In this document: piece by piece, positions 38,941 through 48,268 of the stretch
How the letters are laid out: each line of letters opens with the position of its first letter
How positions within the stretch are numbered: the first letter of the stretch is position 1
Source of the DNA: an uncultured Eubacteriales bacterium
GTDB taxonomy: Bacteria > Bacillota > Clostridia > Peptostreptococcales > Anaerovoracaceae
Length of the DNA stretch: 64,000 nucleotides
Assembly: GCA_902776285.1 (NCBI GenBank)
Contig: CACYPK010000005.1
Coordinates: forward strand, 15,405 to 79,404
Reading direction: 5' to 3'
Notes under the pieces: generated by a model
Database searches by the model: none
The model's input: only the letters and a program-made list of their open reading frames with translations
Told to the model about the DNA's origin: nothing
Program-made: the position numbers and the translations under genes

Positions 38941-40887
38941 TCACATTTCCTGCAGAAGCATCCATTCATCGTACAGTTTTGATACTTCGGCTTCCAGCGC
39001 GGCAAGCGTTTCGGACTTCTCCCGCATCCATGCAACGTCCGTAGAGTTCTCAGGCAGCGACATCTCATCCTGTATGTCCGCTATCTCGCATTCCAGCTCG
39101 TGGATCCTCTGCTCGGCGGCTTCCGCCCTGCGCTCTCTTCTTCTCTGCTCGGCTTCCTGCTGCTTGCCGGCTTTGCGGCGCGCTTCGGAATCAGTCACCA
39201 GCTTTCGCGTAAGTTCAAGTTCCTCGTCCGCGGTCCTGCCCGGCTTTCCGGCATCCGGGCCTTCACCGGCGGCTACGCCTCTGCCGCTCTTCTCCAGATA
39301 ATAGTCGAACTTGCCCTTGTACTCGACCAGGCCGTGCTCTGTCAGCTCGAGTATGCGGTCGGGTATCAGATTGAGCAGATATCTGTCGTGGGAGACTATC
39401 AGCATGGTGCCTTCGAATTCCATCAGCGCCTCTTCTACGACCTCCTTCGATTCTATGTCCAGGTGGTTGGTCGGTTCGTCGAGTATGAGCGTGTTGGCGC
39501 CCGACAGCATCAGTTTAAGGAGCGAGAGCTTGGCTTTCTCGCCACCCGAAAGATCGCGCACCTGCTTGAATACATCGTCTCCGGTGAAAAGGAATCGTCC
39601 AAGCAGCGATCTCATCTCAGTATCAGTGTACAGGTGATAGGCGTTCTTCATTTCGCCCAGCACGGTCTCGTTCTCGTCAAGCAGCAGTTGTCCCTGGTCG
39701 TAGTAACCAAATTCGACGTTGTAGCCTGTCCTGAGGTAGCCGTCGTCAGGCTTCTCCAGACCCATCAGTATCTTCAGCAGTGTTGTCTTTCCTATGCCGT
39801 TGTCACCGATGATGCAGACGCGCTCGCCCTTCCTGAGCAGGAGTCCGGTGTGATCAAAAAGCTTTCTGTCGCCGTAACTCTTTGAGAGGTCTTCTGCCTC
39901 AAGCACCTCGCCTCCGCTCTTGAAATCAGCTTCAAAGTTCAGCTTCATCTTGCTCTGTTTAAGCTTCGGCTTTTCTTTTATTTCGAGCATCGCGAGGCGT
40001 TTCTCGCGTGAGGCCGCTCTCTTTGCCAGATGCTCCGTGCCGTGCTGCCTGAAGCGGCGTATCATCTCCTCCTGCCTGGCTATCTCGGCCTGCTGTTTCT
40101 CATATTCGCGGCGCATGACCTCGAGGCGCTCCTCTCTCTTTACGAGGAACTCCGAATAATTGCCCGTGTACGCGTCAAGAGTGCCACCGCCCAGATCGAA
40201 GATGCGGTTGGTTATCTTGTCCAGAAAGTACCTGTCGTGCGATACCACCATGAGCGTGCCTCTGTAGCCGTCCAGATACGATTCAAGCCACTCCAGCATG
40301 TGAAGATCGAGGTGATTGGTCGGCTCGTCCAGTATAAGGATGTCCGGCTTGCTCAGAAGCAGGCAGCTCAGCGCCAGTCTGGTCCGTTCGCCTCCCGAGA
40401 GTTTGCTTATTTCCTTGTTTTGAGCCTCCGCGTCGAAGCCCATGTGCATGAGCATCGCTCCGAGCTCGCTCTTATATGTATATCCGCCCTTCTGTTCGTA
40501 TTCCTCCATAAGGCGGGTGTATTCCTCAAGATCCTTTTCGAAGCTTTCGCTTTCATGATCGGCTATCGCCAGCTGCAGGGTCTCGAGCTTCTTTTCCATG
40601 TCAAAGAAGCGCTTCAGGCTTTTCTCGGCCTCCTCGCGTACCGTGCCGCTTCCCTCAAAGTGGTTCTGCTGGCGCAGGTATCCGATATTTACATCACTTC
40701 TTATGTAGAGGTCGCCTGATGTCGCTTCAACATCTCCTGCTATGATACCGAGCAGTGTCGACTTGCCCGTGCCGTTTGCTCCGACTATGCCTACCCGGTC
40801 GCCTTTTTCTATGCCAAAACAGACATCCTCAAAAATGATGTCTGTCCCGTATGCCTTGCTTATGTCTTTACCGGATATGATTATCAT
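38941..40887 (-). CDS. ABC-F family ATPase (two fused ABC domains, a linker and a C-terminal coiled coil)
   Basis: Two Walker A motifs (GANGTGKST, GDNGIGKTT) and two signatures (LSGGERTR, LSGGEKAK). It has no TM domain and carries a Glu/Arg-rich C-terminal tail. Confidence 0.9.
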   Translation of the reverse strand: MIIISGKDISKAYGTDIIFEDVCFGIEKGDRVGIVGANGTGKSTLLGIIAGDVEATSGDLYIRSDVNIGYLRQQNHFEGSGTVREEAEKSLKRFFDMEKKLETLQLAIADHESESFEKDLEEYTRLMEEYEQKGGYTYKSELGAMLMHMGFDAEAQNKEISKLSGGERTRLALSCLLLSKPDILILDEPTNHLDLHMLEWLESYLDGYRGTLMVVSHDRYFLDKITNRIFDLGGGTLDAYTGNYSEFLVKREERLEVMRREYEKQQAEIARQEEMIRRFRQHGTEHLAKRAASREKRLAMLEIKEKPKLKQSKMKLNFEADFKSGGEVLEAEDLSKSYGDRKLFDHTGLLLRKGERVCIIGDNGIGKTTLLKILMGLEKPDDGYLRTGYNVEFGYYDQGQLLLDENETVLGEMKNAYHLYTDTEMRSLLGRFLFTGDDVFKQVRDLSGGEKAKLSLLKLMLSGANTLILDEPTNHLDIESKEVVEEALMEFEGTMLIVSHDRYLLNLIPDRILELTEHGLVEYKGKFDYYLEKSGRGVAAGEGPDAGKPGRTADEELELTRKLVTDSEARRKAGKQQEAEQRRRERRAEAAEQRIHELECEIADIQDEMSLPENSTDVAWMREKSETLAALEAEVSKLYDEWMLLQEM

Positions 40888-41903
40888 TAAAACTCCAGTC
40901 CGGGCACAGCGTCCAGTTCCAGTGTCGGTTCCTCTCCATTTTTGTACGCGTAATAAGCGGCGGACGCGATCATAGCTCCGTTGTCAGTGCAGAGGATAGG
41001 ACTCGGCTTCAGAACATCTATGCCCTTCGCGCCGGCCTTCTCTGCGATAAGCGCTCTGAGTCTCGTATTGGACGCGACTCCTCCCGCCATGACTATGCGC
41101 TTCTGGCCGTATTTCTCAGCTGCCATTACAGCCTTGTCTGCTATGACTTCCACCACGGCCTCCTGGAAGCTTGCCGCAACGTCGTTCACGTTTATCTCGC
41201 GGCCGGCCATCCTCTCCTGATTGAGATAATTGAGGGCCTGCGTCTTGAGTCCCGAGAAGCTGAAATCGAGGCTGCCAGGCTCCAGATATACGCGCTTGAA
41301 AGCAGCGCTCTCCGGATCGCCCTCTTTTGCCGCCTTGTCGATCTTCGGTCCGCCCGGATAGCCGAGGCCGATGACTCTGGCGATCTTGTCGAATGCCTCG
41401 CCGGCCGCGTCGTCTCTTGTGCCTCCAAGCTTTTCGCACTTGTTGTACGCCGGTACGTTGACTATCTCGGTATGACCGCCGGACACTATGAGCGCCATGA
41501 ACGGCGGCTCAAGGTCGTGGTGCTCAAGATAGTTCGCGGCGATATGGCCGTGCATGTGGTTGACTCCCACAAGCGGTATGTCGCAGGCGTACGCCATCGC
41601 TTTCGCGGCAGCCACGCCTATGAGGAGGGCTCCTACCAGGCCCGGCCCGTACGTCACGCCTATAAGGTCTATGTCTTTTGCAGTGACGTCCGCGTCGCTG
41701 AGAGCCTTGCCGATGACGTCATTGATGCGCTCCAGATGCTTTCTGGACGCTATCTCAGGCACGACCCCGCCGTACGCGGTGTGTATGTCTATCTGGGAGC
41801 TTATGACATTGCTCATGACAAAGCGGCCGTCGGCCACCACCGAGGCTGCTGTCTCATCACAGCTTGTTTCTATTCCGAGTGTCAGAAATCTCCCGTCTTT
41901 CAT
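40887..41903 (-). CDS. tsaD: tRNA N6-adenosine threonylcarbamoyltransferase TsaD
   Basis: LGIETSCDETAASVV...HMHGHI...GGVASN are typical Kae1/TsaD motifs. Confidence 0.95.
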   Translation of the reverse strand: MKDGRFLTLGIETSCDETAASVVADGRFVMSNVISSQIDIHTAYGGVVPEIASRKHLERINDVIGKALSDADVTAKDIDLIGVTYGPGLVGALLIGVAAAKAMAYACDIPLVGVNHMHGHIAANYLEHHDLEPPFMALIVSGGHTEIVNVPAYNKCEKLGGTRDDAAGEAFDKIARVIGLGYPGGPKIDKAAKEGDPESAAFKRVYLEPGSLDFSFSGLKTQALNYLNQERMAGREINVNDVAASFQEAVVEVIADKAVMAAEKYGQKRIVMAGGVASNTRLRALIAEKAGAKGIDVLKPSPILCTDNGAMIASAAYYAYKNGEEPTLELDAVPGLEF

Positions 41904-41908
41904 GTCTT

Positions 41909-42379
41909 TTATATCTCAACTTCTACCTCGACCGTTCCGAGATCGAGATCCATCAGGACAGCGTCTTCGCCGCCCTTCACGTAATATCCCACGCGGCGGC
42001 CTACTTCATGGAATCCCAGTTTTTTGTAGAGTTCCATTGCGGCAGCATTGCCGCTTCTTACTTCAAGGGTCACGAGCTTGCAGCCGTCCGCGCCGGCCTT
42101 TTCTATCATGTGGCGAAGCAGGGCTTCCCCGATGCCCTCGCGCCTGAATTCAGGCGCTATGGCGATATTGTAGACCTGCGCTTCGCCCGCGACCGTTCTG
42201 ATCTCGCCGTAGCCCGCCCTTTCGTCGTCTGCCAGGGCGACCGCGACATAGACGTTTCCGCCCGCCGTGACGTCCTTTGTTATTTCGTCAGCGCTCCACG
42301 GAGCCTCGAACGAATCACGCTCTATGCGCGCCATCGCCGGCACATCGTATATTTTTGCTTGTCTGATAGTGATATCCAT
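41909..42379 (-). CDS. rimI: Ribosomal-protein-alanine N-acetyltransferase RimI (GNAT)
   Basis: MDITIRQAKIYDVPAMARIERDSFEAPWS...NIAIAPEFRREGIGEALL. The start is at ATG 42379 (Met24 of the track ORF). The upstream part of the track ORF is the repeat element. Confidence 0.85.
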   Translation of the reverse strand: MDITIRQAKIYDVPAMARIERDSFEAPWSADEITKDVTAGGNVYVAVALADDERAGYGEIRTVAGEAQVYNIAIAPEFRREGIGEALLRHMIEKAGADGCKLVTLEVRSGNAAAMELYKKLGFHEVGRRVGYYVKGGEDAVLMDLDLGTVEVEVEI

Positions 42380-42391
42380 AGTCTTACCGAA

Positions 42392-42459
42392 GGGGCCCGG
42401 CCCCCGTAGGTCAAGGTTTTCTACATTGCGGCAACGCCGCTGTTTCACAGAAAACCTTA
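42392..42459 (-). repeat. Two-hairpin repeat element, copy B (between tsaB and rimI, starting on the tsaB TAA stop)
   Basis: On the minus strand: TAAGGTTTTCT...AGAAAACCTT (outer stem 42413-42422 with 42449-42458), inner hairpin GCGGC-AAC-GCCGC (42428-42440), an 8-nt linker, then GGGGCC-N-GGCCCC (42392-42404). The architecture matches copy A, with two compensatory base-pair changes. Confidence 0.75.
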
Positions 42460-43281
42460 TATCTGCACCGGCTTTCTGATCCTTTCGCTCAGCGTACCCG
42501 CCTTGAGGCGCTGCTCAGCCTCCGCGAGGCGCATGTACTCAGGCATCAGTTCGTTGTATCCGAGTACCTTGCCCGCCATTGCCCTTTTGAGAGCTATCTC
42601 CGTTACGCTTTCCGCGTGCTGGTACCTCAGTTCTTCATCGGCAAAGACATACGTACCTTCAGGCAATGAGCTTTCGATAATCTCTTTATACGCGTCGATG
42701 CCGTCACCGGTAAAATACACTGCGTTGCCCAGCATGGCTTTCAAGGACTGCGCTCTTCCGCTTGCCTCAGCTTCAAGCTTCGCGATCATGGAGGACAGTT
42801 CCTTGAGCAGATCTTCTATCATGTACTGTTTTTCTTCCATGACAGGGCTGAGCGCCTTATGCTCGTAGTCCGAAGTGAACTCAGCCTCCCATACGCCCGC
42901 GTATGTCTGGTGTCTTCTCGCGTTGATGATAGGCACGACATAAAGCGATCCTTTTGAGACCGCGTCATCGAGAACTCTGCCTGCCATCGCCTCGAGCGAC
43001 GACACTGCAACGCAAGGCACGTCAAGCATCTGGGCCATCACTCTCGCGGTGACCACGCCTATCCTGATGCCCGTGAACGATCCCGGTCCTACTGAAGCCG
43101 CGACATGCGTCAGTTCGCTCTTGTCGATTCCGGCTTCACGCAGAGCCTCGTCGATCAGCAGCATCATGCCCTTCAGGTGGTTCATCTCTTCAGTCGATAT
43201 GGCGCTGAATACTTCTCCCGCCCCGTTTATGACTGCCGCCGATCCGTATTTGCCTGTTGTCTCGATCGCAAGTATGTTCAA
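42457..43281 (-). CDS. tsaB: tRNA threonylcarbamoyladenosine biosynthesis protein TsaB
   Basis: MNILAIETTGKYGSAAV...ASVGPGSFTGIRIGV. There is a ~40-aa C-terminal extension relative to typical TsaB. Confidence 0.9.
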   Translation of the reverse strand: MNILAIETTGKYGSAAVINGAGEVFSAISTEEMNHLKGMMLLIDEALREAGIDKSELTHVAASVGPGSFTGIRIGVVTARVMAQMLDVPCVAVSSLEAMAGRVLDDAVSKGSLYVVPIINARRHQTYAGVWEAEFTSDYEHKALSPVMEEKQYMIEDLLKELSSMIAKLEAEASGRAQSLKAMLGNAVYFTGDGIDAYKEIIESSLPEGTYVFADEELRYQHAESVTEIALKRAMAGKVLGYNELMPEYMRLAEAEQRLKAGTLSERIRKPVQI

Positions 43282-43712
43282 TCCAGTATCTCCGCTATTC
43301 TTTCGCCTTCATTCTCACCGTATTCGAGGATCACCGCAAGCGCCTCGTCAGGCAGCACGTCAGCTACGATGTCCGCCCACTCTATGACGCAGACCCCGTC
43401 ACCGTCCAGCATCTCCTCTGCTCCGATGTCCAGAAGTTCTTCGCCGCTGCCAAGCCTGTATACGTCAAAATGATACAGAGGCAGCCTGCCGCTTCTGTAT
43501 TCCTTTACGATAGTGAATGTAGGACTGTTGATCTCCTCAGTGACCCCAAGGCCTTCGGCGATGTATTTTGTGAGCGCCGTCTTGCCCGTTCCGAGGTCTC
43601 CGATAAGCGCAACGGCGTCGCCGGGCTCGAGTGCTTCCGCTATCTCGAGCCCCAGCGAGCGGGTATCCTCTTCAGTATTGAGTTTTCTTGTTCCGTGTCT
43701 TATATCCTTCAA
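43278..43712 (-). CDS. tsaE: tRNA threonylcarbamoyladenosine biosynthesis ATPase TsaE
   Basis: GDLGTGKTALTK...SPTFTIVKEY...YHFDVYRL. Confidence 0.92.
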   Translation of the reverse strand: MKDIRHGTRKLNTEEDTRSLGLEIAEALEPGDAVALIGDLGTGKTALTKYIAEGLGVTEEINSPTFTIVKEYRSGRLPLYHFDVYRLGSGEELLDIGAEEMLDGDGVCVIEWADIVADVLPDEALAVILEYGENEGERIAEILD

Positions 43713-43713
43713 A

Positions 43714-44280
43714 CTAGTCTTCCTTTTTGACGGTCCCGGTCGTTCCGCGCAGAAGTCCCGAAATGCGCTTGTACAGCAGGAACGTCAGCAGCGCGTTGAT
43801 GCCCGCCTTGAGCAGGTTGAACGGAATTATGACTGTCGGCAGCATGGCGACCACGGCAGACCTCGGCGCTCCCATGTAAACAGGCGTCACCAGAAGGTTC
43901 ATGAAGCACATGACCACAACGGCAATAACGACTCCTACGACCAGCGCCTTTATGGCTGTCTTCTTGGTCTTGTTGTTCTTATACATCATGCCGATGACCA
44001 CCGCGACAATTCCCGTCGCGACAAAGTGCATTACGAATCCGTAGAGACCGTCTCCTCCGAGACCGAAGGCCTGTATGAGGCAGACGACCAGAGTCACCAG
44101 AAGCCCCTCGATCGGTCCGAAAGCGAATGCCGTTATATAGATAGGCACATCCGCGGGATCATAGACCAGGAAAGGAGCCGGTGGGAACGGGATCCTTACG
44201 ATCAGCAGCAGTACGATCGATACCGCCGTCATCATCGCCAGTTTGGCCAGCTTTGCTGTTGACATTTTGTTTTCGTTCAT
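43714..44280 (-). CDS. ribU: ECF transporter S component, riboflavin-type (RibU)
   Basis: A ~188-aa membrane protein with six TM segments, directly downstream of an FMN riboswitch. The start is at ATG 44280 with AGGAGG upstream. Confidence 0.8.
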   Translation of the reverse strand: MNENKMSTAKLAKLAMMTAVSIVLLLIVRIPFPPAPFLVYDPADVPIYITAFAFGPIEGLLVTLVVCLIQAFGLGGDGLYGFVMHFVATGIVAVVIGMMYKNNKTKKTAIKALVVGVVIAVVVMCFMNLLVTPVYMGAPRSAVVAMLPTVIIPFNLLKAGINALLTFLLYKRISGLLRGTTGTVKKED

Positions 44281-44411
44281 AACACATTCCTCCTTTGAAC
44301 GATGCATCGCCGACCCGTCAGGGAACGGCGTGCGTTTTTGGTGGAATCTGTCAGGCATTAATAATGGCCCTGAAGCGAGTCAAGGCCATTCATCACAATT
44401 ATAGTTTGCAA

Positions 44412-44537
44412 TGTTTCTTTCATCCGGACTATACCGTCGGTACCGGATTCTCACCGGTTCGGCCGTGAGGCTCGCGGACTTACGCAGGTCTTCTGCGATC
44501 ACCGCCGGTGTGGACTTTCACCACGCCCTGAAACAGA
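44412..44537 (-). promoter_or_regulatory. FMN riboswitch (RFN element) aptamer
   Basis: The minus strand reads TCTGTTTCAGGGCGTGGTGAAAGTCCACACCGGCGGT...AGTCCGCGAGCC...GGTGAGAATCCGGTACCGACGGTATAGTCCGGATGAAAGAAACA. All the conserved RFN blocks are present, and P1 is TGTTTC/GAAACA. Confidence 0.92.
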
Positions 44538-44564
44538 TTATTATGGTTTGCCGCTATGCGGCGC

Positions 44565-45998
44565 TTATTCGAAGCAGAAGGCTTCGATCGCCCTGGCGTA
44601 GACTCTGGCCATCTTCATGAACGAGTCTATGCTGAACTTCTCGTCAGCCTGGTGCATCGTGTTCTCGTCATCCGGGAACGCGGCCCCGAACGCGAGTATA
44701 TTATTGAACATCTTGGCGTATGTTCCACCGCCGATGATCATCGCGTCTGTTTCCATGTCACCCGTTTCATCCCTGTATGCCTTCATGTATGTCTGGCATA
44801 TAGGATCCGCGCGGTGGCAATGGATAGGTTTCTGAACAGCCCTTGTCACAAGTCCGATGCGTGTGCCGTCCAGCACGGATTCGATGCCTCCGAGCACCTG
44901 ATCATCCGTTGATTTTATCGGATAGCGGATGTTGATCGACAGCGTAGCGATGTCCTCGTTAATATTAGCCATTCCGACGTTAAAAATCAATGGTCCGGAC
45001 GGTTTGTCCTCAAAGAAGCACCCGATACGTTCTCCGTGAAGGTCGAAACCGATGTGATCATTATAGAAATCTATGAATTCGTTGAGTTCTTCGCTCGCGA
45101 AACTTATCCTGCCGAGGAAGCCCATGAGTATGCTGACGGCGTTGAGACCCAGATCCGGATGCGCTCCGTGCGCGGCCGTTCCGAAGGCTTCTATCACAAG
45201 GGACGAGCCCTGCTTTTTTGTCTTCAGTTTGTATCCGGTCTCTTCGGCATACATCTTTGCCCTGTCGCTGATGAGTTCGTAGTGCTCCTTGCTGCCGGCT
45301 ATCACGGCCTTGGCGTAAGCGGGTACCGCGTTAGGAGCGACGCCGCCCTCAAGTTTTGTAAGGCGCATGGCGTCCTTCGCGGGCTTTACGTTAAACTTCT
45401 GCGCGAGCTCAAAGATCAGTATGCCCAGTTCGCCGTTCACCAGCGGGAAATCCGCGTCCGGAGTGAATCCGAGCGACGGTTGTCCGCAGTGTTCGGTATA
45501 ATGATCCGCGCTTATGTGGCCGGTCTCCTCATCGAGGCCGAGAACAAGGCGGATATTCATCTTAGGTTCGAGGCCCTCATCCTTAAGGGCCTTCAGAGCG
45601 TAAAGGCAGGCCACCACAGGACCTTTGTCATCTGATGTGCCCCTGCCGTAGACGAAGCCGTCTCCCTTGTCCACCATGGTGAACGGATCGGTACTCCAGT
45701 CCGTTCCGACAGGCACTACATCCAGATGCCCTACGATACCGAAGTACTCGCTGCCGCCGTTCTCCGATTTCCATTCGATGTGACCGGCGTAATTGTCATC
45801 GTTGTATGTGTCAAATCCGAGGGACTTGCCCATGTCAAGCATGCATTCGAGAGCCTCCTGCACACCCTGTCCGAACGGATACAGCACGCCGTCCGCCGTC
45901 CTGGCCGGATCCGCGTTTACACTCGGCTTCGATACGATCTCTGCCAGAGCCTTCAGCATGTCGTCCTTATACGCGTCGATTCTTTCAAGATACCCCAT
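44565..45998 (-). CDS. pepV: M20-family dipeptidase (PepV-like)
   Basis: 477 aa with GHLDVVP...GRGTSDDKGP...DEETG, the M20 metal ligands in the PepV/Sapep layout. Confidence 0.85.
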   Translation of the reverse strand: MGYLERIDAYKDDMLKALAEIVSKPSVNADPARTADGVLYPFGQGVQEALECMLDMGKSLGFDTYNDDNYAGHIEWKSENGGSEYFGIVGHLDVVPVGTDWSTDPFTMVDKGDGFVYGRGTSDDKGPVVACLYALKALKDEGLEPKMNIRLVLGLDEETGHISADHYTEHCGQPSLGFTPDADFPLVNGELGILIFELAQKFNVKPAKDAMRLTKLEGGVAPNAVPAYAKAVIAGSKEHYELISDRAKMYAEETGYKLKTKKQGSSLVIEAFGTAAHGAHPDLGLNAVSILMGFLGRISFASEELNEFIDFYNDHIGFDLHGERIGCFFEDKPSGPLIFNVGMANINEDIATLSINIRYPIKSTDDQVLGGIESVLDGTRIGLVTRAVQKPIHCHRADPICQTYMKAYRDETGDMETDAMIIGGGTYAKMFNNILAFGAAFPDDENTMHQADEKFSIDSFMKMARVYARAIEAFCFE

Positions 45999-46008
45999 TT
46001 GATTCTCC

Positions 46009-47316
46009 TTAATCAGTTGCGGCGCTTTCGTCCGCCTGGCCTTCCGGATTCTCTATGTCTTCAAGGACCTTGGCCTTCGCCTCTATCTTGGTGACATATT
46101 CCGTAACAGGCTTGCCGTCCTTGATGGTCGAGAGCGTTACGGATCTTTTTACGTTCCCGTTATCGTCGAAGGTGAACAGACCGGTCGCGCACTTGAGACC
46201 GTCAAGTTCCATCAGCGCCGTCCTTATCGCCTCTCCATCCGTCGATTTGGCGTTGTGGAAGGCGTTTATAAGCACCAGATACGAGTCATAGCCCAGAGCG
46301 GCGTTGTCCGTAGGGATATCATCCGCGCCGTATCTGTTGGCATATTCTATCTGGAATCTCTGAGCTTCTTCAGTATACGTGTTTGATGTGTCGTTATTCT
46401 TTGTCAGCACGGATTCGTAAGGGAAGACCACCTTTATGCCCTTGTGCTTGTCCATCATCGAGATGAATGCCGCGTCACCCCAGCTCTTTGTGCCAAGATA
46501 CGTTATACCGTCGAGTCCCATGTCCTCAGCTAGAGTGAAGAACGTGTCCATCTCTTCTGTGCCCATGGATACGAAGCATACGTCGGCTCCTGAGTTTCTC
46601 AGTTTCTTGAGAGCAGTCTTCATCTCCTCTTCGTTCGGAAGTATCTCCTCTGTCAGGCAGACCGCCCAGCTTCGCTTTCCGGCGATATACTTTACCCTGT
46701 CATCGAAACCGTCAAGCAGCGCCGAGGTGGATGTGTCATTCTTTATGCTTATGACCGCGATCTTCCTTGAGCCGAGCTCATCGGCGGCATACTCCGCAAG
46801 GCCCTCGCCCATCTGGGATTCAGTCAGGCAGGCCCTGAAGCAATAGTTGCTTCTCTGGGTTATAAGCGGGTTCGTGGCAGAAGGCGTGATCGCAGGTATC
46901 CCCGCGGCGTCTACGTACTCGCCTATGGTGAGCGACGACGCTTCGCCCGCGGATCCGATAATGGCGACCGGCTTCATCTCTGTAAGAGCCTGTATGGCCG
47001 TCTCAGTGCCCGCTACGGTCGACTGCGTGTCGACCTTTACAAGCCTGACGTCATAGCCGTCCACGTTGTTGTAGATGCTGTTGGCCAGCTCTATGCCCTT
47101 TATCTCATCCTTGCCCTTGCCGGCGTATCTTCCGGTCTGTGGCTCTATCACACCTATGGTGATGGTAGGCACAGACTCGTTCTCCGGTTTTGTTATGAAT
47201 GTCTGTCTGAAACTGTTCCATGTGGAGCAGGCAGACAAAACAAAGACCGCCGCGATTATCACGGCCGTCAGCAGCAGTCTCTTTATTGATCTTTTCTTAC
47301 TTGTCTCAGCAGCCAA
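46009..47316 (-). CDS. Type-1 periplasmic-binding-fold lipoprotein (LivJ/branched-chain amino-acid-type ABC substrate-binding protein)
   Basis: A signal peptide with lipobox LSAC is followed by a LivJ-like fold (ITIGVIEPQTGRYAGKG...). The only in-frame start before the signal peptide is the TTG at 47316, which overlaps the dusB stop. Confidence 0.75.
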   Translation of the reverse strand: MAAETSKKRSIKRLLLTAVIIAAVFVLSACSTWNSFRQTFITKPENESVPTITIGVIEPQTGRYAGKGKDEIKGIELANSIYNNVDGYDVRLVKVDTQSTVAGTETAIQALTEMKPVAIIGSAGEASSLTIGEYVDAAGIPAITPSATNPLITQRSNYCFRACLTESQMGEGLAEYAADELGSRKIAVISIKNDTSTSALLDGFDDRVKYIAGKRSWAVCLTEEILPNEEEMKTALKKLRNSGADVCFVSMGTEEMDTFFTLAEDMGLDGITYLGTKSWGDAAFISMMDKHKGIKVVFPYESVLTKNNDTSNTYTEEAQRFQIEYANRYGADDIPTDNAALGYDSYLVLINAFHNAKSTDGEAIRTALMELDGLKCATGLFTFDDNGNVKRSVTLSTIKDGKPVTEYVTKIEAKAKVLEDIENPEGQADESAATD

Positions 47317-48268
47317 TACTAATGACTTCCTTCATATCCTTAAGGCTCACGGTATCGTTTGCCCGCCGTCTCATCGCGGCGGCTCCGCGCATGCCTTTTG
47401 TATAGCGCATTATATATTTTCTGAATTCCTTTACTCCGGTGATCTCGCCCTTCAGATCGCACAGCATCTCCAGGTGACGGATCATCATGGCTATCCGCCC
47501 CTCATCAGACGGACGAGACGGTATCTCTTCGCCCCTGTATGCGGCGTCAAGTTCCCTGAATATCCAGGGATTGCCCAGAGCTCCGCGGCCTATCATCACC
47601 ATGTCGCAGCCTGTTTCCTTCAGCATTTCCATGCCCGAGGCCGCGTCGGTGACATCGCCGCTCGCTATCACGGGTATCTTAAGGGCGTCTTTGACGTCCT
47701 TTATGATGCCCCTGTCGGCCGTCCCGCTGTAATACTGGCTCCGTGTCCTTCCGTGCACACACACGGCAGACGCTCCGCCTTCCTGGGCCGCCAGAGCGAC
47801 CTCCACGGCGTTCGGTCTGTCCGCTTCAAAGCCCTTGCGTATCTTGACAGTCACCGGCTTTGCGGTAGCGCCGGTCACAGCCTTTACTATGTCATGGACC
47901 AGGTCCGGGTCCTTCATGAGCGCCGACCCGTCGCCGTTTCTGACGACCTTGGGTACCGGGCATCCCATGTTTATGTCAAGCAGCGCGTTCGGAAGGCTGT
48001 CCAGTTCGTGCGCGGCGTATGCCATGATATCAGGCTCGCTACCGAATATCTGTATCGCAGTCGGTCCGGCACCTTCCGGAATATATGTAAGATCGCTCGT
48101 TTTGCTTCCGCCGTAGTAGAGCCCTTTGGCGCTCACCATCTCGGTATAAGTCAGCGCGGCGCCCTGCTCTTCGCAAAGGGTGCGCATGACAGCGTCCGTA
48201 AATCCGGCCATCGGAGCCAGAAGCCACGGCGAAGCGATCTCTAAGTTCCCTATCCTTATGCCCATCAA
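47306..48268 (-). CDS. dusB: tRNA-dihydrouridine synthase
   Basis: LAPMAGFTDAVMR...INMGCPVPKV...VHGRTR are Dus-family motifs. Confidence 0.92.
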   Translation of the reverse strand: MMGIRIGNLEIASPWLLAPMAGFTDAVMRTLCEEQGAALTYTEMVSAKGLYYGGSKTSDLTYIPEGAGPTAIQIFGSEPDIMAYAAHELDSLPNALLDINMGCPVPKVVRNGDGSALMKDPDLVHDIVKAVTGATAKPVTVKIRKGFEADRPNAVEVALAAQEGGASAVCVHGRTRSQYYSGTADRGIIKDVKDALKIPVIASGDVTDAASGMEMLKETGCDMVMIGRGALGNPWIFRELDAAYRGEEIPSRPSDEGRIAMMIRHLEMLCDLKGEITGVKEFRKYIMRYTKGMRGAAAMRRRANDTVSLKDMKEVISIGC

